DNA of 62,734 nucleotides, counting the filler. It is 6 parts of 6 records of this genome, joined end to end, with 100 filler letters (N's around TTAATTAATTAA, not from the genome) between each part and the next. Parts side by side here need not be neighbours in the genome. Positions count along the whole stretch, not along the records: positions 1 to 13,740 come from DRR378314_1994; positions 13,841 to 26,945 come from DRR378314_1997; 4 more parts are not named here. One strand, given 5' to 3'. The notes under the pieces are model-generated. The model was not told where the DNA came from. It saw only the letters and a list, made by a program, of their open reading frames with translations, and ran no database searches. Positions within the stretch are counted from its first letter, which is position 1; the number at the start of each line of letters is the position of its first letter. Below, in pieces: positions 10,226 to 20,442 of the stretch. A program made the translations under genes and the position numbers.

Positions 10226-12892
10226 GGTGAAGTGGCGAGTGAGCAAGACCGGACATGAAGCTCCTAAGAGGAAAAACCTGCGCTAAGCGCGTGCTGGGAG
10301 AGCGCCGTACGGCCAGGCGGGAAAAGGGGTATATGAATTTTACCCCTAGTCACCAAATACGCGCTGCTGGTATGGAAAATGGGGACAGGCGAAGGAGCAG
10401 AGCGCAACCTGGCGGGAAAGGATGGATGTGAGAATGAAACCCTATTACGAGTACACGCGTTTCTATTTCCCTCTGTCGCGAGCCCCAACGATGCCAACGC
10501 CGGCTCGCCATGTGCTCGGAAGCAGCAACGGCAAGTCCAAACACCGCCAGCGCACTGGAAAGAGTCGATTGGAATAGTGATGCGCCCGCGGAAGCATATT
10601 CATTCTGGGAAATCGCTATCCGCACGGGATCGGCTTCTGGAAAAGTCATCTAGACTGCGGACGGACCACCGCCGCGCGACGGACAAGACCCATCCGGCAC
10701 GGCGAGGTGCTTCATAGCTTCAAACGACGCACCTGCTGTCCGACGGAGCTCGTTCTCCTCGGCGTGATAGACAACTGTTTCTGCGACTGACACAAACGAA
10801 ATTGCATAATATGGCCCCTGAGATAGTGCCATCGCCGATAGACGCGTCCACGGCGCTCCCCGCAATCGCAACATCGTGGTGGCGAATCGACAGGCAGAGA
10901 TTCAGCGCCGTCGGACCTGGGACAAAAGTGGTGTTTCGCGTCGTGAAGATTCGCTCCGCGCACGTCATTTGATTCAAACTGACACGCGGTGCGGTTCCAA
11001 GAGACCTCGCACGAGCCATCTGGAGACAATTCGGTCTTTGAAGGAAGATTTTGAGAGGAACCGAATACTTGCGAAAAAGCAACGTGAGACTTTTCGCAAG
11101 CACCGGAGTTTTCCACAAAGGAAAGATGGAAGAAGGATCCGCCACAGAGAAACGTCGAAAGATTGGCTGTCGAGAGCACCGACACCAAATGCCGTTGCGC
11201 AAAATAGAAAGGTAAATCGACAGGGAATTCGTCGCTTGATAACCCAATGACACCATACGTAGCTTGTAGGTCGGGGCTCGCCTGTTCGCGAAAGGGGTTT
11301 CTTTCCAACGGCGGTGTTTGTCGGCAAAGGCGGCGGCGGGAAGGCGCTTCGGTGCCTCAGCGTAGGGCTAGAAGCTTCCCGAGCGACAAGCAGCTCGCTT
11401 CTCGCTCAGAGTGTGCAAGCTGTTCGTGCAGGGAGCACGGCAAGCACGTGCAGAGTCCGCAGACGTACCTAGTTCGCCAATAAAACGAGCCAGCTATACG
11501 CGTCAAACTTGTCAGCGGAGTGAACGCTATGTCACCGTGCTCCACACGGTAATTGGGCTCCAAGCTGCATTTTTCATGTGTACACCGTTTACTGGCTGCC
11601 AACCTTGTAAGCTGACCGAATAACGGGTAAGCATGCACACACACTGAAATCGAGCTGCTGTGTCGAATGCAACACGAACGAAAGCTTCGCCACCTCTTCT
11701 CCTGCACCGACAACAATATTGCCATTTCTTCGCCATGAAGAAAGTTACGGTAGAAAGTTCGGCGAGAACGACAGTATCGAGCACTTCGCCGTGCCCAAAG
11801 GGCCGCGACAAGCTGCTGCGGGCGCTGCTCTTTCTGTGCAACACTCGTGGGCGCCAACGGTCAAGGTTTCGAAACCCGAACCGTTTCGCGCGCTGGCAGC
11901 ACATCGTCACTCCAGCGCCTTTCAACTCCCAACTGCAGAGCCGGGCCTTCTTCTGGCCATCAAGGGACAGAGAAATGTAACAAGGGACTTACTCACCCGC
12001 TCCTAGGTGTTCCTTTCGCTTTCTTCGACGTGCGCGCGATCGTTGTAGCGAGCCTGGGGCGACCGTTGGCTCCCACTTTGCACCCACACGCAGACGTTTC
12101 GCTGACCGAGCCACCAAGGATCTCCCCAACGTGCACGTCGCCCTCCTGTCAAAAACCATCGAGCTCGCGCCCGATGTCTTTGCTGTCGCAGCAGCCGACA
12201 AGCTCGCCAGAAAGCAAATGGATATGTACGTGTTCGTCATACGATCACTACTACGAATTGGCGAATGGAGCTCTGCCGCGTATTTCGAGGATTCGATCGC
12301 CAAACGCCACAGCGGCCAACGAGAGCGACGCGCCAACACCACATACGCCGCTGCTGCAAATTGTTGCAAACGGCTCGAAAGCTCCCAGCGGTTCTGCCCC
12401 GGTTGCTGTACAGCCAGCCGCGACCACCAAACACTGTGTATTCCATGACACACAACTGCCAGTGCTGTCTTCTTACGAATGGCGTGGCGAGGTTCTTGTT
12501 GGCTTGTGACATTGCTTTCGTCAGCAGTGCTGCTGCTTGCCGCAGGGAAACGGAGCGAACAGAGCGGCCGCGGAGGACAACCGAGCAGCGCGCGCAAGCT
12601 CACACTCTCCCTGCTCGCACGACGCGCAGCGTGTGCGAACAGAGCCCAAGGTACCGTATGAAACGGAAGGCCATGAGAACAACGTCGTGTGACATACGAT
12701 TTGGCATTACATACAGCTGTCAGGGGAGGAAATTCTCAGAGTGCCGCGCGGAGAGGAGTGGGGACTTCGTTGGGTATGTATTGGGAATATATTCGTCCTC
12801 GGAACTGCGGAGCGCTGCGCTCGCCCAACAGGCACGGAGACCGCGGTCGCGCAGTGAGTGAGAAAAGGAAAAGGCCAAAGATGTCAACTGTG

Positions 12893-13264
12893 CTACACTT
12901 TCCGTTTCTGGCCCTCGATCTTGTAAACGAATCCTGGTGCTGCTGCCACGCCGGACCGATTGTACGTGTTATGACGCGCGCCAGTCGCTTTGAGTAGCTT
13001 GTTCTCGGCTGCCCGCATGTTGTCGACCTTTTTTGCGACCATCTTGCCGCGGAACCCGTTTGCCGCGTGCGCCTGCAGCCGCGCCGCGGGATTCGTCGTC
13101 GAGCCGACGTACACGGCTTTCTTCGCGCTGGCCAGGAACGACTTTCCCGTTTTTGCTCGGGAGTTTTTCAAGGAAAGCTTGGCGGAAGAGGAGGATTTGG
13201 AGACTTTGCGCGGTGCTTTGGGCCGCGCGCTGGCGGAGGACTTTCGCGCTTTGGAGGTGGGCAT
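12893..13264 (-). CDS. Small basic protein: Lys/Ser/Ala-rich tail plus GIY-YIG-like domain, possibly circularly permuted
   Basis: 123 aa, ATG to TAG. Contains VYVGSTTNPAARLQAH, later AENKLL and HN, and a C-terminal GFVYKI. Confidence 0.6.
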   Translation of the reverse strand: MPTSKARKSSASARPKAPRKVSKSSSSAKLSLKNSRAKTGKSFLASAKKAVYVGSTTNPAARLQAHAANGFRGKMVAKKVDNMRAAENKLLKATGARHNTYNRSGVAAAPGFVYKIEGQKRKV

Positions 13265-13740
13265 CGTGCTTTGCTGAGAGTCGTGAAGGAGCGAGCCGCG
13301 CAGAAGGGTTGGGAAAAAGTGGTGCGGAGCCGCGCTGAAGCTGCGGCGAGCGCGCAGGCCGCGAATGCGCCGTGTTTGCGTACTAGGTCGCGATAATTTG
13401 TCGCACTCTCTTTTTGCTGATCACACACCTGGGAAAAGGTCTCCTCCTGCGTGCCCGACGGCGGAGGGAGGTTTGCTTCCCTTTGCACGTACGCGCCCGT
13501 TTCGATGTTAAAAATTTGTCAATATGGCGAAACTGGTAGTTCAAAAGGGTCTCGCTTGCCCTCTACCTTTCTGCCTCTGCTGGTGCAGCTCAACGGTTGG
13601 AATGGGGATCTGGTGGCGAGGTCGTATAGAGGTTGTCATCATAGGGCTTACGATTGCCTCCGCGGAGAGACAACGGTGCAAGTGCACCCTTTGCCGTTTC
13701 CTCGCTGTCAATTTCCCCTACCGCGTAGCCCTACTCCCTT

Positions 13741-13840
13741 NNNNNNNNNNNNNNNNNNNNNNNNNNNNNNNNNNNNNNNNNNNNTTAATTAATTAANNNN
13801 NNNNNNNNNNNNNNNNNNNNNNNNNNNNNNNNNNNNNNNN
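13741..13840. other. Artificial contig-joining spacer (N44-TTAATTAATTAA-N44)
   Basis: The same 100-nt spacer occurs five times; its core gives stop codons in all six frames. Confidence 0.97.
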
Positions 13841-13898
13841 CCGCTTGGGTCGATGTCCAACCTCTCACTTTGAAGCCGCAAGCCACAGGAGGGCGTTT

Positions 13899-13937
13899 AT
13901 GATTGTAGCAATGACCCCTCGGGCAGACCGGTTCTGA
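13899..13937 (+). promoter_or_regulatory. Candidate leader uORF (MIVAMTPRADRF*) upstream of rsgA
   Basis: Strong SD AGGAGGG 5 nt before the ATG at 13899. CTGCCTG (13956-13962) is complementary to CAGGCAG (14019-14025) just before the rsgA ATG. Confidence 0.45.
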
Positions 13938-14029
13938 TCCCTACAGATCTACTGACTGCCTGAACACATTCCCTGCCGATGCGCGTTTGCCATCTGTCAG
14001 GATCGCTGTTTCTGATCACAGGCAGACCT

Positions 14030-15058
14030 ATGATTCTTTCACTATCGGACCTCGGATGGTCCTCTCACTTTGCGGCTCAGCATGCGGCTGATCCGTCACT
14101 CTTACCTTTTCGCGTCGCGGCAGTTCACCGGGATAGGTTGATCGGACTTAGTCCAGATGGCGAGTCTCCGTTAGTCACCCCGGATCAATCGGCCGGCACA
14201 TTTGCTGTCGGGGATTGGGTCTTAGCCGATGAAAACAGACGCATACGTCGTGTGCTGGACCGGCGCAGCCTGCTGCAACGCCGGGCTGCGGGCACTGGTG
14301 CAGCAGCGCAGTTGATCGCGGCAAATGTTGATGTTCTGTTCATCGTCAGTTCCTGCAACGCTGATTTCAACCTGCCTCGGTTAGAGCGTTATCTTGCTCT
14401 GGCCCACCAAGCGGGCTGTTATCCGGTGATCGTCCTCACGAAGTCGGACATGTGTGATGACACGTGCACGTATATCGGAAAGGCACAATCACTCGCCCCG
14501 TTTCTGACGGTTCTGGCGGTCAACGCGTTGGATCACACCGATATAGAACAGGTCCTGTCATGGTGCCCGAAGGGACAAACCAGTGCATTGGTCGGATCGT
14601 CTGGCGTAGGGAAAACAACTCTTGCCAATGGGATGACGGGGCAGGATCATGCGACCGCCGACATTCGCGAAGATGACGCCCGTGGCAGGCACACGACAAC
14701 AGCGCGCGCTTTGCATCGAATGAGCAATGGAGGCTGGCTGATCGATACGCCCGGTATGCGAGCGTTGCGCCTGCTGGACGCGCAAGAGGGCGTGGACGAG
14801 GTGTTCTCGGACATCTCAGAACTCAGCCTGAACTGCCGCTTCTCGGATTGCCAGCACGATTCTGAACCCGGCTGTGCGGTACAAGCTGCCATCGACGCCG
14901 GCTCGCTTGATCCGGCGCGACTGGACCGCTGGCGCAAGCTGCGACGCGAAGATCAACACAATTCGGCTTCGGTCGCCGAGGCCCGCGCACGCGACAAGGC
15001 ATTCGGTAAAATGGTGCGCAGCGTTATGCATGAGAAAAAGTCCCGCAAGGGACTGTGA
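14030..15058 (+). CDS. rsgA: Ribosome small subunit-dependent GTPase A
   Basis: AVGDWV, QLIAANVD, permuted G motifs (TKSD, GSSGVGKTT, GRHTTT, DTPGMR) and Zn finger CRFSDCQHDSEPGC. Confidence 0.95.
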   Translation: MILSLSDLGWSSHFAAQHAADPSLLPFRVAAVHRDRLIGLSPDGESPLVTPDQSAGTFAVGDWVLADENRRIRRVLDRRSLLQRRAAGTGAAAQLIAANVDVLFIVSSCNADFNLPRLERYLALAHQAGCYPVIVLTKSDMCDDTCTYIGKAQSLAPFLTVLAVNALDHTDIEQVLSWCPKGQTSALVGSSGVGKTTLANGMTGQDHATADIREDDARGRHTTTARALHRMSNGGWLIDTPGMRALRLLDAQEGVDEVFSDISELSLNCRFSDCQHDSEPGCAVQAAIDAGSLDPARLDRWRKLRREDQHNSASVAEARARDKAFGKMVRSVMHEKKSRKGL

Positions 15059-15063
15059 CCAAG

Positions 15064-15088
15064 TTGGGCACCGGTCATCGGTGCCCAA
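15064..15088. terminator. Hairpin between convergent genes
   Basis: TTGGGCACCG-GTCAT-CGGTGCCCAA, a perfect 10-bp stem just after the rsgA stop. Confidence 0.55.
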
Positions 15089-15093
15089 TACGC

Positions 15094-15951
15094 TCAGGCG
15101 ATCAGCCGGGGCCAGACAGCGGCGTTTCGCCGGGCGAACGCACCGATATGGCCAATTTGGGATAACCCAAATTCATTTGCTGATAGCAAATGACGCCGCG
15201 CACGCGGGCCATAGAGATCAGCAAGCCGCCAAACCGCATTTGCGGGCACAACCTGATCATCCTCAAAGGCGAACAGATCAACCTGCTTGCCCGTTTCGGC
15301 CCAATGGTTAGCAGGCAGGGTATCTCCGATATCGGGCACATAGCTTTGCGGCGCAGTGCACCACTTGCGCCATTGCCAATAAACCTGGGCAGGCAGGTTC
15401 GTACCAAAGCCTAAGGCCTTTCCCGGCAGATATCCAAGCGCGTGTACAGCCAGCGGAGCATGCCCATACCAGAACAACGCCGCCAGAGCCCGGTATGGCC
15501 AAGGATGATCCGCCAGCGTCACCAAACCCGAGCAGACACAGATCATCCGATCAATCTGATCAATGTCCGATTGCACCGGACCAAACATGCCGCCCAACGA
15601 ATGACCAATGCTCCAAAGCTTTGCCTGCGGAAACCTCTGCCGCATCTCGGTCCGCGCGGCGGGGATATCGATCAACGCCCAATCGGCCATGGTGACATTC
15701 GACCGCTTCTGCGATCCCGTCAGAGATTGGCCGAAATCTCTGTAATCGTAGGTCAGGCAGGCCATCCCCTGCGTTTCAGCAAGCCACCTTGCGAAATGCT
15801 GGTAATAATCCCTGGGCACTCCGGTCGCGCTGTTGATCACAGCAACCTTGTCCGGATCAAATGCCGGACGGTAAAGCCGCGCCGACAGCACTGCCGGTCC
15901 GGAAGGAAATTGAAAATCCTCTGTCATTACTGCTTGGCGTGTGTCCAACAT
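15094..15951 (-). CDS. Alpha/beta fold hydrolase
   Basis: ATGVPRDYY, TYDYRDFG, nucleophile elbow GHSLGG, C-terminal IGHIGAF. Confidence 0.9.
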   Translation of the reverse strand: MLDTRQAVMTEDFQFPSGPAVLSARLYRPAFDPDKVAVINSATGVPRDYYQHFARWLAETQGMACLTYDYRDFGQSLTGSQKRSNVTMADWALIDIPAARTEMRQRFPQAKLWSIGHSLGGMFGPVQSDIDQIDRMICVCSGLVTLADHPWPYRALAALFWYGHAPLAVHALGYLPGKALGFGTNLPAQVYWQWRKWCTAPQSYVPDIGDTLPANHWAETGKQVDLFAFEDDQVVPANAVWRLADLYGPRARRHLLSANEFGLSQIGHIGAFARRNAAVWPRLIA

Positions 15952-16084
15952 GGTGCCCTCTGAAATCACCTGAACTGATCAGTTCACTCACGCCTTCCCG
16001 AGTCAAGGTTGACGTGGCTGGACCGCACGTCACTTACCAAATTCAATCTTCTTGACTCAGGCGCGACTGAACCGCTAGCGATGA

Positions 16085-16281
16085 CGTGATGGTTCTCGTG
16101 CCCAAACGGGCCGGGATGAAAAGGGAACACGGTGCGGTTCTGCCCGGATAATACCGGAAGGAACCCAGTCCGAGACTGCCCCCGCAACTGTAAGCGGAGA
16201 GCGATGTCGAAATGCCACTGGCCTTGATGGCTGGGAAGGTCGGCAAAGCAATGACCCGCAAGTCAGGAGACCTGCCATCAG
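16085..16281 (+). ncRNA. Cobalamin (B12) riboswitch
   Basis: Hallmark segments in order: GGTTC, AAAAGGGAACACGGTGC, ACTGCCCCCGCAACTGTAAGCGG, GCCACTG, GGGAAGG, B12 box AAGTCAGGAGACCTGCC. Confidence 0.95.
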
Positions 16282-16381
16282 GATGAAACTGAAACTTGGA
16301 CGGGGTGTCCGAGCAGGGTTAGACCGCAGACTTGCCGTCCCTCCTGACTGATGCCCCATTCCGCGCGCGGAGGGCGCATAG

Positions 16382-16789
16382 ATGATCTGGAAGACCAATA
16401 CGCACAAATTCTCGGCGACAATTTGCCAACGGACCGGAAAAAACTGCCCTGCCTTGGCCCGAATGGCACGGGCACTGGCCAGTTCGATGGCAAAAGCTGA
16501 CCCCAAAACCACCGAAAGATTCGAGATCGAGGGAAGCTGCGATCTGAACCATTGCCCCAATGGCTGCACTGCTCGTTTTCGCGCCCGACCTGATGAAATC
16601 AGAGTATATTGCGATGTGGATTCGGACGCCAAAATCGAACATTTGGATGGCTATGCGGATCTTTTGTTTGGCACCGACACCTGCGCAATCCCTGCAGGCA
16701 CCTTATCTCGCCCACCATGCGCGATGCTTGAGGTGTTGGCGCTGAGCAAGCGTACTCGGCCTCAGGCCGAATTCCGCCCGTCGGTCTGA
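16382..16789 (+). CDS. Cys-rich hypothetical protein downstream of the B12 riboswitch
   Basis: SD GGAGGG before the ATG; 135 aa with CQRTGKNC, CDLNHCPNGC and further Cys residues. Confidence 0.75.
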   Translation: MIWKTNTHKFSATICQRTGKNCPALARMARALASSMAKADPKTTERFEIEGSCDLNHCPNGCTARFRARPDEIRVYCDVDSDAKIEHLDGYADLLFGTDTCAIPAGTLSRPPCAMLEVLALSKRTRPQAEFRPSV

Positions 16790-16792
16790 TCG

Positions 16793-17296
16793 TTAGTCGG
16801 CTGCTAAAACACTGGCAGGTGCAGTAGCCCAACGCATCTGCGCATCGGTTTCAACGGCACAAGGGCGCAACCCTCGCAGCCTTTCCAAGGCTGTGTCAGG
16901 GTGTTCTCCGCACTCGACCATCAGGCGCAATACGGCCATACCAGACCGACCGCACCCGCCTTTGCAATGGATTAACACGCGCCCTCCGCCCGACAGGGCC
17001 TGACGGGCAGACTCGCTGACATCGTCCCACAGCGCATTAACTTCACGCGCAGGAATGCCGTAGTCTTCCACAGGTAGATGAACCCAGCGGCAAGCGCGGC
17101 TACGCACATCGGCCCCAAAATCGCGCGCGCCATCAAGGATCATCTCAACCTCGGTGGCCATTGACAGAATTAGGCCGGGTTTCCAATCGGCCACAGCATC
17201 CAAATCACCAAGATAATCTCCTCCCCGTCCGGGCATTGAGGTCAACGCAAGCGTTCCCCCTCCAACCTGTAGCGCATGGATTATAATCTCAGACAT
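16793..17296 (-). CDS. Protein-tyrosine/dual-specificity phosphatase
   Basis: CX5R signature HCKGGCGRSG; HLPVEDYG; AVETDAQ. Confidence 0.9.
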   Translation of the reverse strand: MSEIIIHALQVGGGTLALTSMPGRGGDYLGDLDAVADWKPGLILSMATEVEMILDGARDFGADVRSRACRWVHLPVEDYGIPAREVNALWDDVSESARQALSGGGRVLIHCKGGCGRSGMAVLRLMVECGEHPDTALERLRGLRPCAVETDAQMRWATAPASVLAAD

Positions 17297-17463
17297 TCTA
17301 CGCTCCCCCCGAAACGCTAATCAGAAAATCTATTACTGGTCTTAGACTGTACGATACTAACCGCGTCGGCCAACATTCCAAAATGAAAATCCTCCCGCCT
17401 TGCTGTGGACGCGGGCGGCGGGGGTCTCTACGCTGCGGGCAACTCGAATCCAACAGAGCAGAC

Positions 17464-19224
17464 ATGACCGACACGCCCAGCCCCGCCTATCAGGTTCTTG
17501 CCCGCAAATACCGCCCCGAAACCTTTGCTGACCTTGTGGGTCAGGATGCGATGGTGCGCACCCTAAAAAACGCGTTCGCTGCGGATCGGATCGCGCAGGC
17601 TTTCATCATGACCGGTATCCGTGGCACCGGGAAAACCACCACCGCCCGGATCATCGCCAAGGGGATGAACTGCATCGGGCCAGACGGCGAAGGTAAACCA
17701 ACCACTGAGCCCTGCGGCCAGTGCGAGCATTGCGTGGCCATCATGGAAGGTCGTCATGTCGATGTGATGGAGATGGACGCCGCGAGCCGGACCGGCGTTA
17801 ATGACATCCGCGAGATCATCGACAGCGTCCGCTATCGCGCAGCTAGTGCGCGCTACAAGATCTATATCATCGACGAGGTCCACATGTTGTCGACCAGCGC
17901 TTTCAACGCGCTGCTGAAGACGCTTGAGGAACCGCCCGAACATGTGAAGTTCATCTTCGCGACCACCGAGATTCGCAAGGTTCCGGTGACGGTCCTGTCC
18001 CGCTGCCAGCGTTTCGACCTGCGGCGGATCGAGCCTGAGGACATGATCGGCCTGCTGCACAAGATCGCCGAAGCTGAGAATGCGCAAATCGCCGATGATG
18101 CACTCGCATTGATCACTCGGGCCGCTGAGGGGTCGGCGCGCGATGCGACGTCGCTGCTCGATCAAGCCATCTCGCACGGAGCGGGCGAAACCAGCGCGGA
18201 TCAAGTGCGCGCTATGCTTGGATTAGCCGATCGGGGCCGGGTGTTGGATCTGATGGATATGATCCTGCGCGGTGATGCCGCTGGAGCCTTGACCGAGCTT
18301 AGCGGGCAATATGCAGAAGGCGCTGATCCTCTGGCAGTTCTCCGCGATCTGGCTGAGATCACCCATTGGGTTTCGGTGGTCAAAATCACACCCGATGCTG
18401 CGGAAGATCCCACCGTTTCACCCGACGAGCGCGCACGCGGCCAGCAAATGGCCGACGCGTTACCCATGCGTGTTCTGACACGCATGTGGCAAATGCTGCT
18501 GAAAGCGCTCGAAGAGGTCTCGGCCGCGCCAAATTCCATGATGGCTGCGGAAATGGCCGTGATCCGCCTGACCCATGTGGCCGACCTGCCGAGCCCGGAA
18601 GAGCTGATCAAGCGCCTGCAGGACACCCCTCCGCCACACGGTGGCGGCCCGAGTAGCCGGATCAGCGTTTCGCCGCAATCAAGCCCTGCACCGCAGGCTT
18701 CGGCCCGACCGGCCTATGCCTCTTCTACCATTGGTGGAAGTGCGGGCGGACCAACAGCCGCGTTGGCCCAGGATGTGCAGGCCGCGCTGGCGCGCTATCC
18801 AACATTTGAACATGTGGTGGAACTGATCAGGGTGAACCGGGATGTGAAATTGTTGGTCGAGGTGGAAAACGGCGTGCGCCTTGTGTCCTACCAACCAGGC
18901 AGGATCGAGTTTGCGCCCACCGACAACGCCCCAACCGACCTGTCCCAAAGACTCGGGGCGTCGCTGCAGCGCTGGACGGGGAACCGGTGGGCGGTTTCGA
19001 TTGTCTCAGAGGGCGACGCCCCAACAATTGCCGAACTGCGTGATGCTGCCGATTTGGCATTAAGGGCCGAGGCTGAGGCGCATCCACTGGTCCAAGCAGT
19101 TCTGAGCCAATTCCCGAACGCTCGGATCAAAAGCATCGAAACAGCCGAACAACGTGCAGCCCAGATCGAAACCGAAGCCCTGCCCGAGGTCGATGACGAG
19201 TGGGATCCGTTTGAGGAAGACTAA
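17464..19224 (+). CDS. dnaX: DNA polymerase III subunit gamma/tau
   Basis: LARKYRP, GIRGTGKTT, EMDAAS, IIDEVHML, SRC; followed by ybaB and recR. Confidence 0.98.
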   Translation: MTDTPSPAYQVLARKYRPETFADLVGQDAMVRTLKNAFAADRIAQAFIMTGIRGTGKTTTARIIAKGMNCIGPDGEGKPTTEPCGQCEHCVAIMEGRHVDVMEMDAASRTGVNDIREIIDSVRYRAASARYKIYIIDEVHMLSTSAFNALLKTLEEPPEHVKFIFATTEIRKVPVTVLSRCQRFDLRRIEPEDMIGLLHKIAEAENAQIADDALALITRAAEGSARDATSLLDQAISHGAGETSADQVRAMLGLADRGRVLDLMDMILRGDAAGALTELSGQYAEGADPLAVLRDLAEITHWVSVVKITPDAAEDPTVSPDERARGQQMADALPMRVLTRMWQMLLKALEEVSAAPNSMMAAEMAVIRLTHVADLPSPEELIKRLQDTPPPHGGGPSSRISVSPQSSPAPQASARPAYASSTIGGSAGGPTAALAQDVQAALARYPTFEHVVELIRVNRDVKLLVEVENGVRLVSYQPGRIEFAPTDNAPTDLSQRLGASLQRWTGNRWAVSIVSEGDAPTIAELRDAADLALRAEAEAHPLVQAVLSQFPNARIKSIETAEQRAAQIETEALPEVDDEWDPFEED

Positions 19225-19370
19225 CCCGCGCGACTTGGGGTCGATCCATCAAGTGCTGTCGAGCCTAATAGGCGGGAAGACCTTGACAACGGACGGGGGC
19301 AACCTGACCTCTTGTGCCGCGCGTTTGCCCTTCGTATTTAGGAAACAAATCGAGTAACAGGAGATTACCG

Positions 19371-19715
19371 ATGCTTAAAGGACTCGGCGGCCTGGGTGAC
19401 ATGGCCAAGATGATGAAATCCGCCCAGGATTTGCAGACCAAAATGACCGACATGCAGGAAGAACTGAACACCATCATGGTTGTCGGCGAATCAGGTGCCG
19501 GGCTGGTCAAGGCCACGGCGTCTGCAAAAGGTGACTTGAAAGGGCTGGATATCGATCCTTCGATCTTCAATGGCGACGACAAAGAAGTGGTCGAGGACCT
19601 GATCCTGGCGGCCATCAAAGATGCCCAATCCAAAGCCGCCGAACGCGCAGAAGAAGAGATGGGCAAACTGACCGAAGGCATGGGTTTGCCAAAAGACATC
19701 AAGCTGCCGTTCTGA
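19371..19715 (+). CDS. ybaB: YbaB/EbfC nucleoid-associated protein
   Basis: GESGAGLV, EDLILAA, C-terminal KLPF; lies between dnaX and recR; SD AGGAG. Confidence 0.95.
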   Translation: MLKGLGGLGDMAKMMKSAQDLQTKMTDMQEELNTIMVVGESGAGLVKATASAKGDLKGLDIDPSIFNGDDKEVVEDLILAAIKDAQSKAAERAEEEMGKLTEGMGLPKDIKLPF

Positions 19716-19779
19716 TACACCCTCCTGACGGATCAATGGCCGGGTGTCTTCATCCGGCCCATTTGCAGGAGCCTTCGCG

Positions 19780-20373
19780 GTGAGTTCGAATAGCGATATC
19801 GACAACCTGATCGACCTGATGGCAAAGTTGCCGGGGCTGGGCCCCCGCTCGGCCCGCCGCGCGGTACTGCACCTGATCCGCAAACGCACCCTGCTACTGA
19901 CGCCTTTGTCAGACACGATGCAACAGGTCGCCATTACTGCCCGCGAATGCCTGAATTGCGGCAATGTGGGTACCACCGACATCTGTGACATCTGCGACGA
20001 TGAAGCCCGCGCGATCGGCGAACTCTGTGTGGTCGAGGACGTCGCCGACCTTTGGGCGATGGAGCGCGCAGGCGTTTTCAAAGGCCGCTATCACGTTCTA
20101 GGCGGCACGCTGTCCGCGCTGGACGGGATCGGCCCGGACGACCTTCGCATTCCCCGACTGAAAGATCGCGTGGTGGCCGAAGAGATCACCGAGATCATCC
20201 TCGCCCTGAACGCCACCGTCGATGGCCAGACCACCGCCCATTACATTGCCGATCAGTTGGAGGGGCAGGTCCGCCTGACCTCACTGGCGCAGGGCGTCCC
20301 GATTGGGGGAGAATTGGATTATTTGGATGATGGGACGATTACTGCGGCGCTCAGGGCGCGGAAAGAAATCTAG
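19780..20373 (+). CDS. recR: Recombination mediator RecR
   Basis: [12 protein letters not shown]4 Zn finger, TOPRIM motifs YHVLGG and [17 protein letters not shown] start. Confidence 0.97.
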   Translation: MSSNSDIDNLIDLMAKLPGLGPRSARRAVLHLIRKRTLLLTPLSDTMQQVAITARECLNCGNVGTTDICDICDDEARAIGELCVVEDVADLWAMERAGVFKGRYHVLGGTLSALDGIGPDDLRIPRLKDRVVAEEITEIILALNATVDGQTTAHYIADQLEGQVRLTSLAQGVPIGGELDYLDDGTITAALRARKEI

Positions 20374-20442
20374 ATCAGTGTTGTCCCTTTGCGAAATTCG
20401 CCGGAGCAACCAAACCCAACAATCATACTCAACTAAATCCAG

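Noticed and set aside
10300-12880. Short overlapping ORFs between the pseudokinase and the GIY-YIG-like gene
   Set aside because: No motif, transposase or reverse transcriptase signature recognised.
13785-13796. TTAATTAATTAA as a biological motif (CtrA box, piggyBac target site or repeat)
   Set aside because: It is always centred in N runs of identical length, so it is a synthetic six-frame stop linker.
17297-19224. SRP RNA (ffs) upstream of dnaX, and a programmed frameshift within dnaX
   Set aside because: No SRP core motif was recognised in the 5' gap, and no A AAA AAG-type slippery site was seen in the gene.
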